Assembly (NCBI GenBank): GCA_044892525.1
Contig: CM097885.1
Coordinates: forward strand, 27,406,001 to 27,470,000
From: Schmidtea polychroa
Taxonomy: Eukaryota
DNA: 64,000 nt
Reading direction: 5' to 3'
Shown piece by piece: positions 37,692-51,757 of this stretch. Made by a program: the position numbers and the translations under genes. The notes under the pieces are model-generated. The model ran no database searches and was not told the origin of the DNA. It was given only the letters and a program-made list of their open reading frames with translations. Positions within the stretch are counted from its first letter, which is position 1; every line of letters starts with the position of its first letter.

Positions 37692-37986
37692 ATTAAATTA
37701 GTTCATGATTAAAATTTGTAAAATTTTAATTGAAACTTAAATTATTTTAAGATATTAAAATTGAAATGATAATTGAAATTTTAAAATAAAATAATCTTTA
37801 ATAAAATTGAAATTCAAGTATGAATGCGATGGTATGTTGATATTTGGTTGAAATTAAAATTTAGAAAATGTCCCAAGAATATTTGTTTATATAATCAGAT
37901 TTAATGAAATATAATTTTGGATTTAATAGTCTTAGTAATTTATTTTGATGACAGAAGAATTAAATGTTATAGCTTCTAACATTCAC

Positions 37987-40900
37987 AAATCACATTTAAA
38001 TCGGTTCTCTTTAAATAAAAAGAAATTGTTTATTAAAATACAACAATCAACACATAATACCACAAAACATATAAATACAAAACCTATAAATAATAATTAT
38101 AATACAAAACATGTAAATAATAATGTAAATAATACTAATCTAAATACGAATCTAAATACTTAAATAAATAATATTCTAAATAATAATAAACAGCCTGCTG
38201 TTAGTTTTGGGTCTGGTGTTCCCTCTAAAATTGTTAAAATTAATACAACTGGTGATTCATTATATAATCAAATAGGTGGTTCGATCGATATTGACGATGA
38301 ACCTGAAATTGAGATAGATTTTAAAGGGTCTAGAAAGAATTTACGATTTAATATGGAAAAAGATAACTTGGTACAAGTTTTCATTACAAATAAGATGACA
38401 AATAAATTAATTACCGAAATAAACGGTATGAGCACAGTTAAAATACAATTCACCGTTTTAATCCAATTCGAAAAAGATGGGGAAATTAGAGATAATTTTT
38501 TCTCTAATAATGCAGAGATTTTTTCAGATAATTTTCTAGTAGAGAGTATCACTAAGTTAAATGAAAAAATAGAAAAATTCACATATTTGGGTAGCGGATG
38601 GCGAGTGGTTAAAATCAAAGAGATAGATTTTATATTAACAAAATTAACCCATATGAATAGGTTAGCTGGACATGGTTATATCCCCACCCCAGCGGCTTTA
38701 AATTCTAAAAAAGCAATAGTAAACGTCAAAAACACTGACGATATGTGCTTTATATATAGTATTTTAGCCCTTTTAAAACGTAATGTAGTACATATAAATA
38801 GAAATAGAGTTAGTTCCTATGAAAATTATCTTGACGAGTTAAATTTTGACCCCATTTCTGATTGTCCAATGAAATTATGTGATATCCCTAAATTTGAAAG
38901 GAAAAATAGTGATTTAAATTTATCAATAAATGTTTTAATTTATAAAAAGAACCCAGCTAAGCCTTCTGAAAATGTAATTGACGATAATTATATTCCACAT
39001 CATCCTCAATTATATATTATTCACCGATCTAAGGTTATAGGTGGTGAACCCATATACTTACTTTTATTGGAAGACGGTGATAATTTCCATTATACCGCAG
39101 TTTTTAACTTACAAAAATTAATGAACTCACACCCAAACAGTGAATGCAGTGTTAAAATTAGAGTGAACTGGTGTCTTCATTGTCTCAATGGTTTTCGACA
39201 TGAAAAAGCATTTAACGCACATGTTGCACTATGCAGTAAGAACCAGATAGGTACTACTTTGTACACGCTCCCTAAAGATAAAAATTTAATTTTTAAAGAT
39301 TACTCCAAGACAATCATCCCGCCATTCGTGATATATGTCGATTTTGAGGCAATCTTACCTGAAGACATCACCCACCACCAAAAACATATGCCAATAACAG
39401 CAGGCATGTTATTAATTAATAATTATAATAATACCAGATTTTATTATGAGTTTGTTGGTGATGATTGTGTGTTGTCTTTCTTGCGTAAGGTAGAGGAAAT
39501 TGCTGTCACAATTGTCCTGCCATATTACGAAATTAATGGGAAAAAGCCCATGCAAACCTTGTCTTTCACTGAAGAACGTGTCTTTCGAGAATCCAGAACC
39601 TGTTATCTATGTAAAAAAATTCATTAAAGATAGAGTTAGGGACCATTGCCACTTCTCAGGCAAGTATCTTGGTGCTGCTTGTAGGAAATGTAATGTTTCT
39701 CGGCGAATTCAGAGACAGTTACCAGTTGTCTTTCATAATTTGAGGGGTTATGATCTCCATCATATTTTGAAGTATGGTTTGAATAATTTTCCTTTTTGGG
39801 AATTAAATATTATTCCGACTACTACCGAGAAATTCATCTCCCTCATCGCGAATATTAACAAATTGCCTGTTCGTTTTATTGACAGCATGCAGTTTGTTAA
39901 TTCATCTTTAGCAAAAGCGGTTAAGACTCTTTCCGATCTGCCTTTAACTTCTTCTGTTTTTGATGATGCAATTGTTCGAGCCAAAGGTATCTTTCCTTAT
40001 GACTTTGCTACATCGCTTGAGGTTCTGGAATCGACTCTTGAACTACCTCCTATCTGGGATTCTGTGTCTAATGATGAGTATGCATTAGCCCAAGTTATTT
40101 GGACTCAGCAAAATTGCAACAACATGTTAGATTACATATTAACTTACCTCAAATTAGATGTATTTCTCCTCGCAGACTATTTTACACCATTCCCTGCAAA
40201 GGCCATTGCTTACAATGGTCTTGAGCCTCTTAATTTCTATGGCATTCCCGGTATGTCATGGGCCTCAGCGCTTATGACATTAACGGAACCCATTGAACTT
40301 CTGCAGGACATGGAAATGTTTAATTTCTATGAAGGAGGGATACGGGGTGGGTTAACATTTGTTAACAAACATTATGTTGCTAGTTCTGAAGACACAGAAC
40401 TCTTGTACATAGATATTAACAACTTGTATGGATGGGCCTTAAGCCAAAATCTGCCTTATGCTGACTTTGAATGGGTGTATGATGATCTTGATTCTGTCTT
40501 GAATGAATGTATGAATGAGGATATTGAAAATCTTCCATATGGGTATACTATGGAAGTGGATATTGATATCCCTCAGTGTTTGCATGATTTTATGAATGAT
40601 TTTCCGATTGCTCCGGAAAAGATGTACCCGCCAGATTCGAAAGTTGAGAAGCTGATGCTCACGCATTGGCCGAAGAAGAACCATGTTCTTCATTGGCGAC
40701 TTCTCAAGTTGTATATAGAATTGGGGGCTATTATTAAAAATGTACATAGGGCAATTAAATTTAAGCATGCACCCATTTTTAAATCGTACATAGACAAAAA
40801 CACTAATTTACGAGCCAATTCTACATGTGAATTATATAGGGATTTATATAAATTATTTAATAATAGTCTGTATGGGAAATCGGTGGAGAATCTGAAAAAG

Positions 40901-41749
40901 CGGATGAATTTGAGGCTATGCAATTCAGCTGAAAAGATGATTGTATATGCATCAAAACCTACTTTCAGAAAATCTATCAAAATTGCTGATGATCTGATTG
41001 CGGCTCATCTGGATAAAGAATATATATGTTTAGACAGACCTAGCTATATTGGTCAAACAGTGTTAAATTTGTCTAAACTGAGGATGTACCAGTTACAGTA
41101 TATAGAATTGTCTAAATATCGTTTAGAGTTTAACTGTGATACAAGTATCGTTGCCGGTGACACTGACTCCTTTTTCTTAGAGATAAAGCACTGTAAGCTT
41201 GACACTCTTTTGCCGGCAATGATTCGTGATAATCTTTTAGATACTAGCAATTATGATCCTGCTCATCCTTTGTATTCAAAGAGTTTGGATTCTGTGATAG
41301 GAAAATTTAAGGACGAAAGTAAAGGGCTTGGTTATAAGGAGTGGGTTTTCTTAAGACCCAAGTGTTATAGTTTGTTAGGGGATAAGGCAACACTTAGGGC
41401 TAAGTGAATTCAGCTTGGTAATACTGAGATAGGGCACCAGTCTTATTTAGACTGCTACAACAACAGCGTAGTATATACGGTGCCACAAACTAGAATAGGG
41501 ACGCGTAACCACCAGCTTCTTACGTTTAAAAATACCAAGATTGCATTGTCAAACAACGATGACAAACGATTATGGGTGGGGAAAAATTCAAGTCTCGCAT
41601 TTGGACATTATTTAGGAATAGATGCCTTAGATGTTGATCAAGTAATTTCAGAAATTCGTCCACTATTCGGAGGTCGAAGTCCAGATTTCAATGATGCCAA
41701 TGATGACAATGATATTAATATGACGTATTATTATCGAATTGATCTGTGA
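37987..41749 (+). pseudogene. pPolB: Protein-primed DNA polymerase B, right-arm copy (5' part continues at ~32856-32999 across gypsy 1)
   Basis: Mirror of the left-arm copy with the same frameshift (~39620) and nonsense (41405), plus a private stop at 38161. Confidence 0.95.
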
Positions 41750-41824
41750 TATAATATATCTTTTAATCTTTTAATGTCTTAATTTATTATCATTTTTACG
41801 TAAACTAATGATAATTTTGTAAAT

Positions 41825-42188
<364 letters not shown>

Positions 42189-43457
42189 TTTTGGATGATG
42201 AGGGTAGGCCCATCACTACATTTACCTTAAATAAGTATTATAAGACTGGGCCCAAAAAATATAGAATCAATGTGTGCGCTGAAGAGCGTAGGTAAATTAA
42301 ATAGCCCAATTCTTCAACAATCCAATGCATCAAATAGCAACCAACAATTCAATCCCTCAATTACAATCCAATGCATCAAATAGCAACCAACAATTCAATC
42401 CCTCAATTAGATTCATCAAATGATGACAATAACTTCTGTGTGATGAATTAATATTGACCTATTCATTTTTCATTCTTTATATAAAATTTTAGTGTATCTT
42501 ATTGACATTATTCTATGTGCCCTATTTATTTCATTGTGTGACATTCTATGTATTTCTAACTTTATTTATTTCTATTTCTATTTTTATTTGTGATTGTATT
42601 GGTAAACACAAAAAATAAATATATATATAGAGTAATTAATATTTATAGATAATAATAATAATTATAATAATAATAATAATAATGGCAATAGTAATAGTAA
42701 TGTTAATGATGATAATAGTAGTGATAATTAATTAATTAATATGAAATAAAAATATTTGGAGTTTAATCAGTCTAACGAGACTGAAAGAATTTAAAAGAGT
42801 GAAATTTAATTCTGACGAGACTGAATAAAATTTAATATAATTAATTTATATGAACCAAAATTCACTATATAAACGACTCACAAAGTCAGTGCAGTCGCCC
42901 AAAAATCTAGCGAAGAATTTTTCTTTATTCAAGGGTTAATCCTGCGGATAAATTAATAACTGAATCAGTACAGAAAGATTCACAGAATATAAAAACTTAC
43001 TAAGACATACACGCACACATAACAATTAACAGATACATAATTCTTACACGCATTTCAGTGAAAGAAATCGATCAATAATTGTCAATCTATTTAGAATCGA
43101 AATTTGTAGAAATTTGGTAATTTTTGATTTCAATAAACATTTATATACACTTATTTGCTTTGTTATATATATAAGAACCAGTAGGTTGAGTGTTCCCGAA
43201 TATCGAGACCTCAACATTTGGTGCCGCGAACCGGGACTTTAAAATCAATTATTGTTATTCACAATTTGGGGGATAGGAATTGAGATCAGAGGGTTATAGT
43301 ATTTTATATTGGGAAAATATATTTATAAAAAGAATATCATTGATCAATTTTAAATAAATAAATTCAGTTTTGAAAAATTATTAAATAATTTAAAAAGATA
43401 AAATAGATAATCAACCCGAAATAGTTTACAATCTCAGAAATAGAATAGTCTATAGGA

Positions 43458-44587
43458 TGAATAATAATAATAATAATTACATAAAAATTTTACCAGTAGA
43501 ACCATATAGAGGAGAGCCTGAAAAGTTCGACGATTTTTTCACTGAGATCGCTTAGTATGCAGAAGCTTGTGGTTGGACACCTGATGAGTTTAAAATGAGA
43601 ATCCCACTATATTTAAAAGGTTATGCGTTACAGGCATACAATAACTTAGAGTGTAAAGGAAATAATTTTGATCAACTCGTAAGATATTTGAGAGCGGAAA
43701 TAGTAATCGATAGCGATTTGCAAAAGATTAATGTTCAAAAATTTAGAAATAGATATCAAGGAACTAGAGAGTCAGTAGGGGAATATGTTTATACAATTAC
43801 TGAGTTAGCGAAAAAGGCATTTGGCGCAGGCGAGCACACAGCAAAATTAATTGAGGATCAATTCTGGAATGGTATACAAAAATATTTATATAAAGCATTA
43901 ATTATGGTAGAATATGGTAATTTAAATGAATTAGTTCATAAAGCTAAGCGTATAGAAGCAATACAACGAGATAGATTTAGTTCACACGTAGATGCATTAG
44001 AGATCCAAAAACCCATAGAGGTAAAATCTGAGTTGGGTAAGTCTGATGACAACATCCCCTGGGAGGAGATGAAACAACTATATTTAAACTTTGTAAAAAA
44101 TAGACGAAGGGCAAGCCCGAGTCCGGATAGAAGTCAATCGCCTGAAAACAGGAGGAGGTTTGATAATGTGAGAAATAGAAATTTTGAGAATAGAAACAAT
44201 AGAAATACTTTTGATAGAGACAATCGTTGTGAATATAATAGAAATAATTATACGAGAGATAATCGAGTCGATTTTAGTAGAAATAATTTGAGAAATAATA
44301 AATATGATAGAAGTAATAGATATGATAATAGAGATAATACAAATGATTTGAGACGTAGACAGACAAGTCCATATAGACAGAATTCATATAGAGAAAGGCG
44401 AGGAAGCCCTTATAATAATGATGGTAGAGATAAAGTAAATTTTAATGGACAAATCAAATGTTATAATTGCCAAAAATATGGCCACTTAGCTAAAGTATGC
44501 AATAATGCACGAAACGAATCACCTAATAGAGTGAGATTCAAAAATGAGCCTGAGATAAAACAGATTAATAGTGCTGAGTTGATATAA
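43458..44587 (+). pseudogene. gag: Gag (capsid, RD/N-rich region, one CCHC knuckle)
   Basis: PLYLKGYALQAY, RYQGTRESVGEY, CYNCQKYGHLAKVC; in-frame stops at 43552 and 44585. Confidence 0.9.
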
Positions 44588-46126
44588 GCTAATGATGAAA
44601 TAAACAGTTTGAGAGAGGAATTAAAAGAATTTAAAACTCAATATGGGAGACTTATTGAGAGAAAGTTAGAAATGTCATTAAACGAGTTTCAGTGTTTTAC
44701 CAATGATGTAGATATAGATAATGATGAGTTTCGTGAAGCAAGAGAAGCGGATGAGAAATTTCTTGCAGAAGCAAATAGATGTAAAGAATTAAAGGAGGAA
44801 TTGAAAGAGACATTAGAAAAATGGCCTTACGATGATAATGAGACATTGCGTATAATAAATAGAGTTCAAGTCGAAGGAATTGACTTAGAGTATTTGAGAA
44901 ATTTGATACCACTAATGGTAAAGAGACAAAATATGACAAGAGTATTTGAATTAGAAATAGAATTGAAAGAAATGATAAAATGTTATGGTGAATTTGTGAG
45001 AAAAAATCAGAAATTGCATGAGTCATTGAATATAACTATTGAGGCAAAGGACCTTTCGAGAATACTTATGCGTAGTACAGGGGTATATGTTTGCACAAAA
45101 GTGAATAAAGTGAAACAAATGGCCAGAGCTAATTGGCCCGAGAAATTGGGAGATAATGATAAAGTGAAAATGTATTTTAACGGTGTAGAAATGATGAATA
45201 ACGAGTATATAATTGACTATGGGGTAAACGTCATCGATAACAATATAATTTCCGCCGTAATAGAAAGGCAAGAAAGTAAGGAAATTGATACACCAACTCC
45301 ATCAGTAGAATTGAGTATAAACGACGAAAACGACTATGATAAATTATTTAGATTGTGGGATGCTTCTTCAGGAGGAGCAATGAAGTCACCAACAGCTAGC
45401 GATGAAATCTTTAAACCTATCGATACTAAATACGATAATTTACATGAGACAATAGAAAAAATTGCGAAGCAGGTAAATATGCAGGATGCAGAGACAATGA
45501 GACGAGGTAGAGGAAGACCTCGAAAATCGGAAATAGCCGAAAAGTCAGATGACAGAAAGGCAGCAGAGCGTTTAAGAGATATCGCAAATAATATGAGACA
45601 GGAAGTCCCAAAAAATCAGGATAATGACAAAGATATAAAGATGATAACAGAGTTAGTTAAAGCAATGAATATGAGACGATTTCCGGAAGCGAAACCATCA
45701 GCGTTAATAGAGAATATAGTTAAAAAGATTAAATTAATGGAAAAAGAGATTAGAGAATTGAGTGCAGAGGAAGCAAATGAAGAGACAGTGCTAAAGATAT
45801 TATTTACAACAGGAGTCAATCGAGATAAAGTGATTACGGCAATGGCATATTTAATAGCAAGATACAAAAAACTCTTGCGATTGAACCCGAAGAATCAAAT
45901 AGAAAATATCGCAAAAATGATATATGATAAGCTAAAGATAGACGCTATGCCATGGATAAAATTAAAGGGAGGATGGAAAATATTGTATGATGAGAATCTA
46001 ATCGAAGGCGCTCAAGAAAGCGTAGAAGATAATATTAATGTAGAAATAGACGATACGGAGGAAACAGTAAAAAATCTAGTAAATAAAACAACTATGAAGC
46101 CAAGTCAAAAAGAAAGGAAGTCGACA

Positions 46127-47990
46127 ATGTCAATAGTAATTATAGTAATAACGTTATTGTTAGATCTGATAAAAGGAAATAATGCGATCGTAGCATATGA
46201 CTGTCAGAATCCCAAGTGGGGACAGAAATATTCATTATTAGATGTAGAAAATTGCCCAGAAGCTAATCCAACAAAGCTAATTGTTGCAGATCCAAAGATT
46301 TTTCACATATATCAAGAGTCTGACTTCATTCACACTGAGGCAGGAGAATGTATCGTTAAATATTCAGAGGAAAGTTTTGTATGTAATAAAATAGCGAGAA
46401 CAATATTAACTCCAACATGGGCACCAGAAGCGATAATAATAGCACCAATCGAATGTGAAAATGCATTTAAGACAAAAAAGATAAAAACGCCGGATGGATT
46501 TGAATTAGATGCTCAGGTAGGAGCACGAGTAAGGCAATTAGTAAATGTCGTTGGATGGTCATCAACAGGAGAATATTGTGAAGGAGGAACGTATAAAATA
46601 TGGGGGCATGTAGCAGACAATATTGTAGTAAGACGACAATATTACATTGAATTAAGGAAATTCAAGGCGTCATTTGATAGTTCATCAAAGAAAATGATGA
46701 CACATAAGTTCTGTACATTAGATGAGACAAGCTGTGATACAGGTGAGTCAATGATCCTATACAAAGTAAATAAATACGAATGCCATCTAACTAAACTAAA
46801 GACATTGAAATTCAGAACAATACGAGGTAAACAGTTCACGGATGTAGAAGCCAAGAACATTAGAGACCAAAAACGACGAGCAACGATAGTTCAAGAGAGA
46901 GATACACCAACGATATATATGTCAGATTCTGAAACAGAAGCGATGAGATTTGTGGGGAAAGGTGAAAGTATCAAATGCGGAAAAGCAGTTATACAAACAA
47001 ATTATGAAGGAATTTATATCAGCGGAAGTGAAATTAAAGAGGCAAAATCAAAAATAGATAAATTCGATGTCAAGCTAGCATCATATTTTAATAATAAAAT
47101 CGACTACTTCTATCATCATCAGTTAGTACAATTGGATAAAGTATACCAAGCAACTATTGCAAACGATTGTAAACTTAATAGAGAAATATTAAGAACAAAG
47201 ATGGCGGTCGTAGTCACAAACCCAGATTTAATGGCACCAATTCTATTCGCAGAGAAAGGGACATTTGCAAGAGTTGTCGGTGAAGTAATACAAACATTTC
47301 AGTGTAAACCGGTTAGCGTATCTTTAGCAACGAATAATAAATGCACAAACGAATAACCAGTAGTGTATAAAGGAGAAACTGTGTATCTCCAACCAATAAC
47401 AAGGATATTAACAGATAAAGACTATGTTCCGAGAAAAATTGATAAATGTACAAATCTATTAGATCCGTTATACAAAATAAATGATGATATGTGGATTACA
47501 ATGTCAGATAGAAAGGAAGCGACTAAACCACAAAAACTAGAATTAACTGAACTTGAGAAAAAGTTAGAATTTCAGGAAGTCAACGAAATGGATAACAATG
47601 GGATGTATTCGAGAGAGGCGATAGAGAGCGCCAGAAAACATATGCTATTTCCTCATGAAAAAGAAAAAGTTCTTTCTATCATGGTAAACAAAATCATCGA
47701 GAATAGTTATGGAGGGAATTACAACTTTGATGTATTATTATCAAAAGAGCACTTCAAGAAAGTTGTATATAGAGTATTATACAGCATATGGGGATATTTT
47801 GCGATTCTCGGTAATACATTTTCCACTATATTGGGTATATATTATACAGTAGCACTACTGAAAATGATTTGTTCATCATTAGTTTCGTTAAGACAACTGA
47901 GACAAGTTTTTGGTAATTCATATAAAATGATAGCATGTTTATGTCCATTCATAGCCAAATATTTGATCACTGCGAGGCATGATAAGGAAA
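46127..47990 (+). pseudogene. env: Chuvirus-G/herpes-gB-like (class III) envelope glycoprotein embedded between gag and pol
   Basis: Internal signal MSIVIIVITLLL..NNA, then IVAYDC..SLLDVENC, a Cys-rich ectodomain, GEVIQTFQCKPV, CTNE*PVVYKG..YLQPITRIL and TM WGYFAILGNTFSTILGIYYTVALLKMI. One in-frame stop at 47354. Confidence 0.8.
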
Positions 47991-48239
47991 TCAAACGGAT
48001 GAAAAGTCGAAGGGAAGAGGGTGAAATAATGATCACCAACGAGAAAGATGACGAGGCAAACAAATCAGAAAATATTGATCAACCACATATTGGGTTATAT
48101 GATAATCAAAGAGAACAATTGACAGAATTAAGAAATAATAATGAAATTAGAATCCCAGGTGAAAATGGTAATTGTCATTGTGTTCCAAGGAAAACTTATG
48201 GATGTTACGGGTTAGAACTTGACGATTTATTAGAAGGGT

Positions 48240-51200
48240 TAAATGAAGCAAGACCTAAACTAAAAATAGTGATAAATAATACGATAATAAAGGCATTATG
48301 TGACACAGGAGCAGCAGCTTCTATGATTCGTGAAGATCAATTAACCGAAAATCAAAAGAAAAATATTGTGAGTACAAGAGATAGAGTAATTTCTTTATCA
48401 TCACACTACATACCATTAAAAGGCGATATCGAATTAACAGTCCACTTTTCAGATCAAGTGGTTGAACATGTCTTCAAGGTAGTAGCAGAATGTAAATGCG
48501 TATGTGTTCTTGGAATGGACATACTCAAAAAGTTAAAAAACTGTGTAATCGATTTGACGGATAGTACAGTTAAACGGAAAGCAATATATCAAGACGCAAG
48601 ATTTACTGAGGTAATTGCATTAGAGACATTCGAACTAGAATATCAAAGTGATCATATAATTCCAGTAAAAGTTAATGTTAAAAGTGAGGACACTTTCATT
48701 TTCGAGCCTGAAACGGCAATATCACGAAATTATAATGTAATGTTAACAGACGAGTGTGTAGTTCCAAATAATGGGATAATTCCAATAAGAATCGCGAATT
48801 ACGAAAGGAATAAAGTAAAAATTCATAAAGGTACAAAATTGGGAAAGTTGTTCAAAGGTGAATTAGAGCAAACATTTGAAGTATGTGAGATGTCGATGAC
48901 GAGTGATGTCAGTGAAGGAATGGTCGAACAGAGTAGAGCGAATAATATTAAATTTTATGATAAAATCAAAATAAATAATAATTATCTAAACGAAACACAA
49001 CAACTACAACTACAAATTTTACTTGACGAATATAGTGATGTTTTTGCAAAACACGAATTTGATTTAGGAGATACTGATATTATCAAACATGTAATTGATA
49101 CGGGGGATGCGAGACCAATAAAACAGAGACCTTATAGTGTACCATATAAACTGAGGGAAGAGATAAAACGACAAATTAAAGAATTAAAAGAGGCAGGCGT
49201 AATAAAACAAAGTTTTTCACAATGGGCATCACCTAGTGTACCAGTTAAAAAGAAAGACGGGGAAATTCGAATGTGCATTGATTATCGTAAATTAAACGAT
49301 GTAACAGTAAAAGATTCTTACCCATTCGCGAAAGCACAAGAGCAATATGATAAACTTAGGGATACTAAGTATTTCACAGTAATAGATGCAAATAAAGGTT
49401 ACATGCAAATTCAAATGGAAGAGGGGGATGCGGAAAAAACTGCTTTTGTGATTGAGGATGGTTTATATGAATATACGAGACTACCGTTTGGGTTAACTAA
49501 TGCGCCAGCAAGATTTCAACGTTTAATGAACACAGTATTAGTAGATGTACAACATTGCGCAGTATATATGGATGATATATTAATTTCATCAAAAACATTT
49601 GAGGAACATCTAAAAGATATAGCTAACGTACTAGAAAGATTAAGAAAAGCAAAAATCAAAATAAAACCCACTAAATGTAAATGGGCAGAACCTTCAGCAT
49701 TATTCTTAGGACATATAGTTAGAGTAGATGGTATAATACCTAACCCCGATAAAATTGAAGTAGTAAAAAAATTCCCAGTTCCAAAAACATTACAACAAGT
49801 ACAGGGATTTTTAGGTCTCACAGGATATTATCGTAAATTCATACAAGATTATGCAAAAATAGCAGCACCACTAATTGAATTAACAAAAGGAGTCAAAACT
49901 AAGGGGGAGAGTAAAGGAGTGTTAATAGTACAGGACATTAACGATAAAATTAACAAGCCACAAAAGAAATGGAAAGATGAACATCAAAAAGCTTTTGATC
50001 AACTAAAAGAAAAATTAATAACAGCACCGATACTAAGATACCCAGACTTTAAAAAACAGTTTATTGTCATGACAGACGCCAGCGGGAAGGCCGTAGGGGC
50101 AGTCTTAGGACAAGAAGAGGAAAAGAGTAAAGATTATGTAATAGCTTATGCAAGCAAAACATTAAAAGGAGCGCAGATTAGGTACTCAACAATTGAGAAA
50201 GAATGTTATGCTATAGTTTTTGCATTAAAACAATTTAAGCCATACATATATGGAACTGAAGTAGTAATTAGAACAGATCATAAGCCATTAGAAGGGTTAT
50301 GGAAACATAAAGATACATCCAGCAGACTGTTAAAGTGGGCTATGAAAATACAAGATATGCACATAAAGATTGTATACAAACCAGGCAGAATAAACAGGAA
50401 TGCAGATGCATTATCACGAATTTCAGAGTTGGGAGCATTAGAGGTTTTTGCATTAGTAACTGAAAAACCAATAGAAATATATGAGGAACAAATGAAAGAC
50501 ATAGAACTTTTCAAGATAACAGAGGAAATAAAAAAGGGAACTAACCAAAAGTATAAAATCTATAAGAAGTTAATTGTTATTGAGGATTTTAGCGGTAAAC
50601 AATTAATAGTAGTACCACAAAGATTAAGACAAATTCTTCTATTACAATATCACGATGGTGCTCTAGGAGGTCATTTATCAAGCAGAAAAACAGCGAGCAG
50701 ATTGATGCACAAATATTATTGGGACGAATTGAAAAAAGATGTTAAGAGATGGTGTAATGCATGCACAATATGCGCAACTAGAAAAAATACAGGAACAAAG
50801 ACTAAAGCACCTTTACATCCAATCCCAGCTACAACATCACCAATGGAACTGTGCGCAATGGATTTTTTATGTAAACTACCCACAACAATTAATGGGAATA
50901 AGCACATACTAGTTTTTAGCGATTATTTTACCAAATGGGCAGAGGCATTTCCTACTAAAGATGAAACAGCAGAAACAGTAGCCAAACTACTTGTAGAAAA
51001 AATAATCTTTAAAATCGGCACACCGAGGAAATTATTAACAGATAAAGGAAAAAACTTCATGAGTGAAACTATAAAAAGAGTAGCTAATATATTTAACATG
51101 CATAAAATCAACACAACAGCATACCACCCTCAAACTGATGGTTTAGTAGAGAGATTTAATGGGACATTGCTAAGTAGATTAGCCGTGTTTGTGGGAAAAA

Positions 51201-51757
51201 ACCAAAATGATTGGGATGAATACGTTAATCGATGCACATACATTCATAATATCACACCAAATGAGACAACGGGATATTCACCATATTTTTTAATGTTCCT
51301 AAGAGAGCCTACAACACCGATTGATACAATTTTTGAACCTCGAGTATCACAATATTTAGATGCGCCAGATTATGTAACATTAATGCAAGAGAGATTACAA
51401 GATGTATACAAAGTTGCAAATTTAAAAGTTAAATTTAGACAAGAACAGTATAAGGCAGATTACGATAAAAATAGCAAACCTCATAATTTTAAAGTGGGAG
51501 ATAAGGTTAGACTTATGTCTCCACAAGTAGGTAAAGGTAAAACAACTAAATTAGCAAGACCATTTAAAGGACCATACGAGGTAGTAAAAGTAGTACATGA
51601 AAACCTGCATTTACAAAAACATAAAAATGAGGATCCGATAATAGTACATGTTAATAGATGCAGATTAGCAGAAACAGAATTAGTAGAAAAACCACCTCAC
51701 AAATATGGATTACGATCACAAAAAGCACTGATGTTGGCTTTTTTAACAATTTTTTAA
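48240..51757 (+). CDS. pol: Pol (PR-RT-RH-IN) in frame with the upstream glycoprotein
   Basis: ALCDTGA; RMCIDYRKLN, YMDD; MTDAS; H..GGH..C..C; DDE core VERFN; FKGPY. Confidence 0.97.

Larger units (their letters stand above)
33000..37981 (+). mobile_element. Ty3/gypsy LTR retrotransposon 1
   Basis: 317-bp TG..CA LTRs at 33000-33316 and 37665-37981 (no mismatch seen). TSD TTCAC at 32995-32999 and 37982-37986. PBS TGGCGACC; PPT AAAAAAGGGGGA. Confidence 0.97.

Noticed and set aside
46855..46885. Furin site in the glycoprotein (IRDQKRRA)
   Set aside because: Basic cluster, but not a canonical R-x-x-R spacing, so cleavage cannot be claimed.
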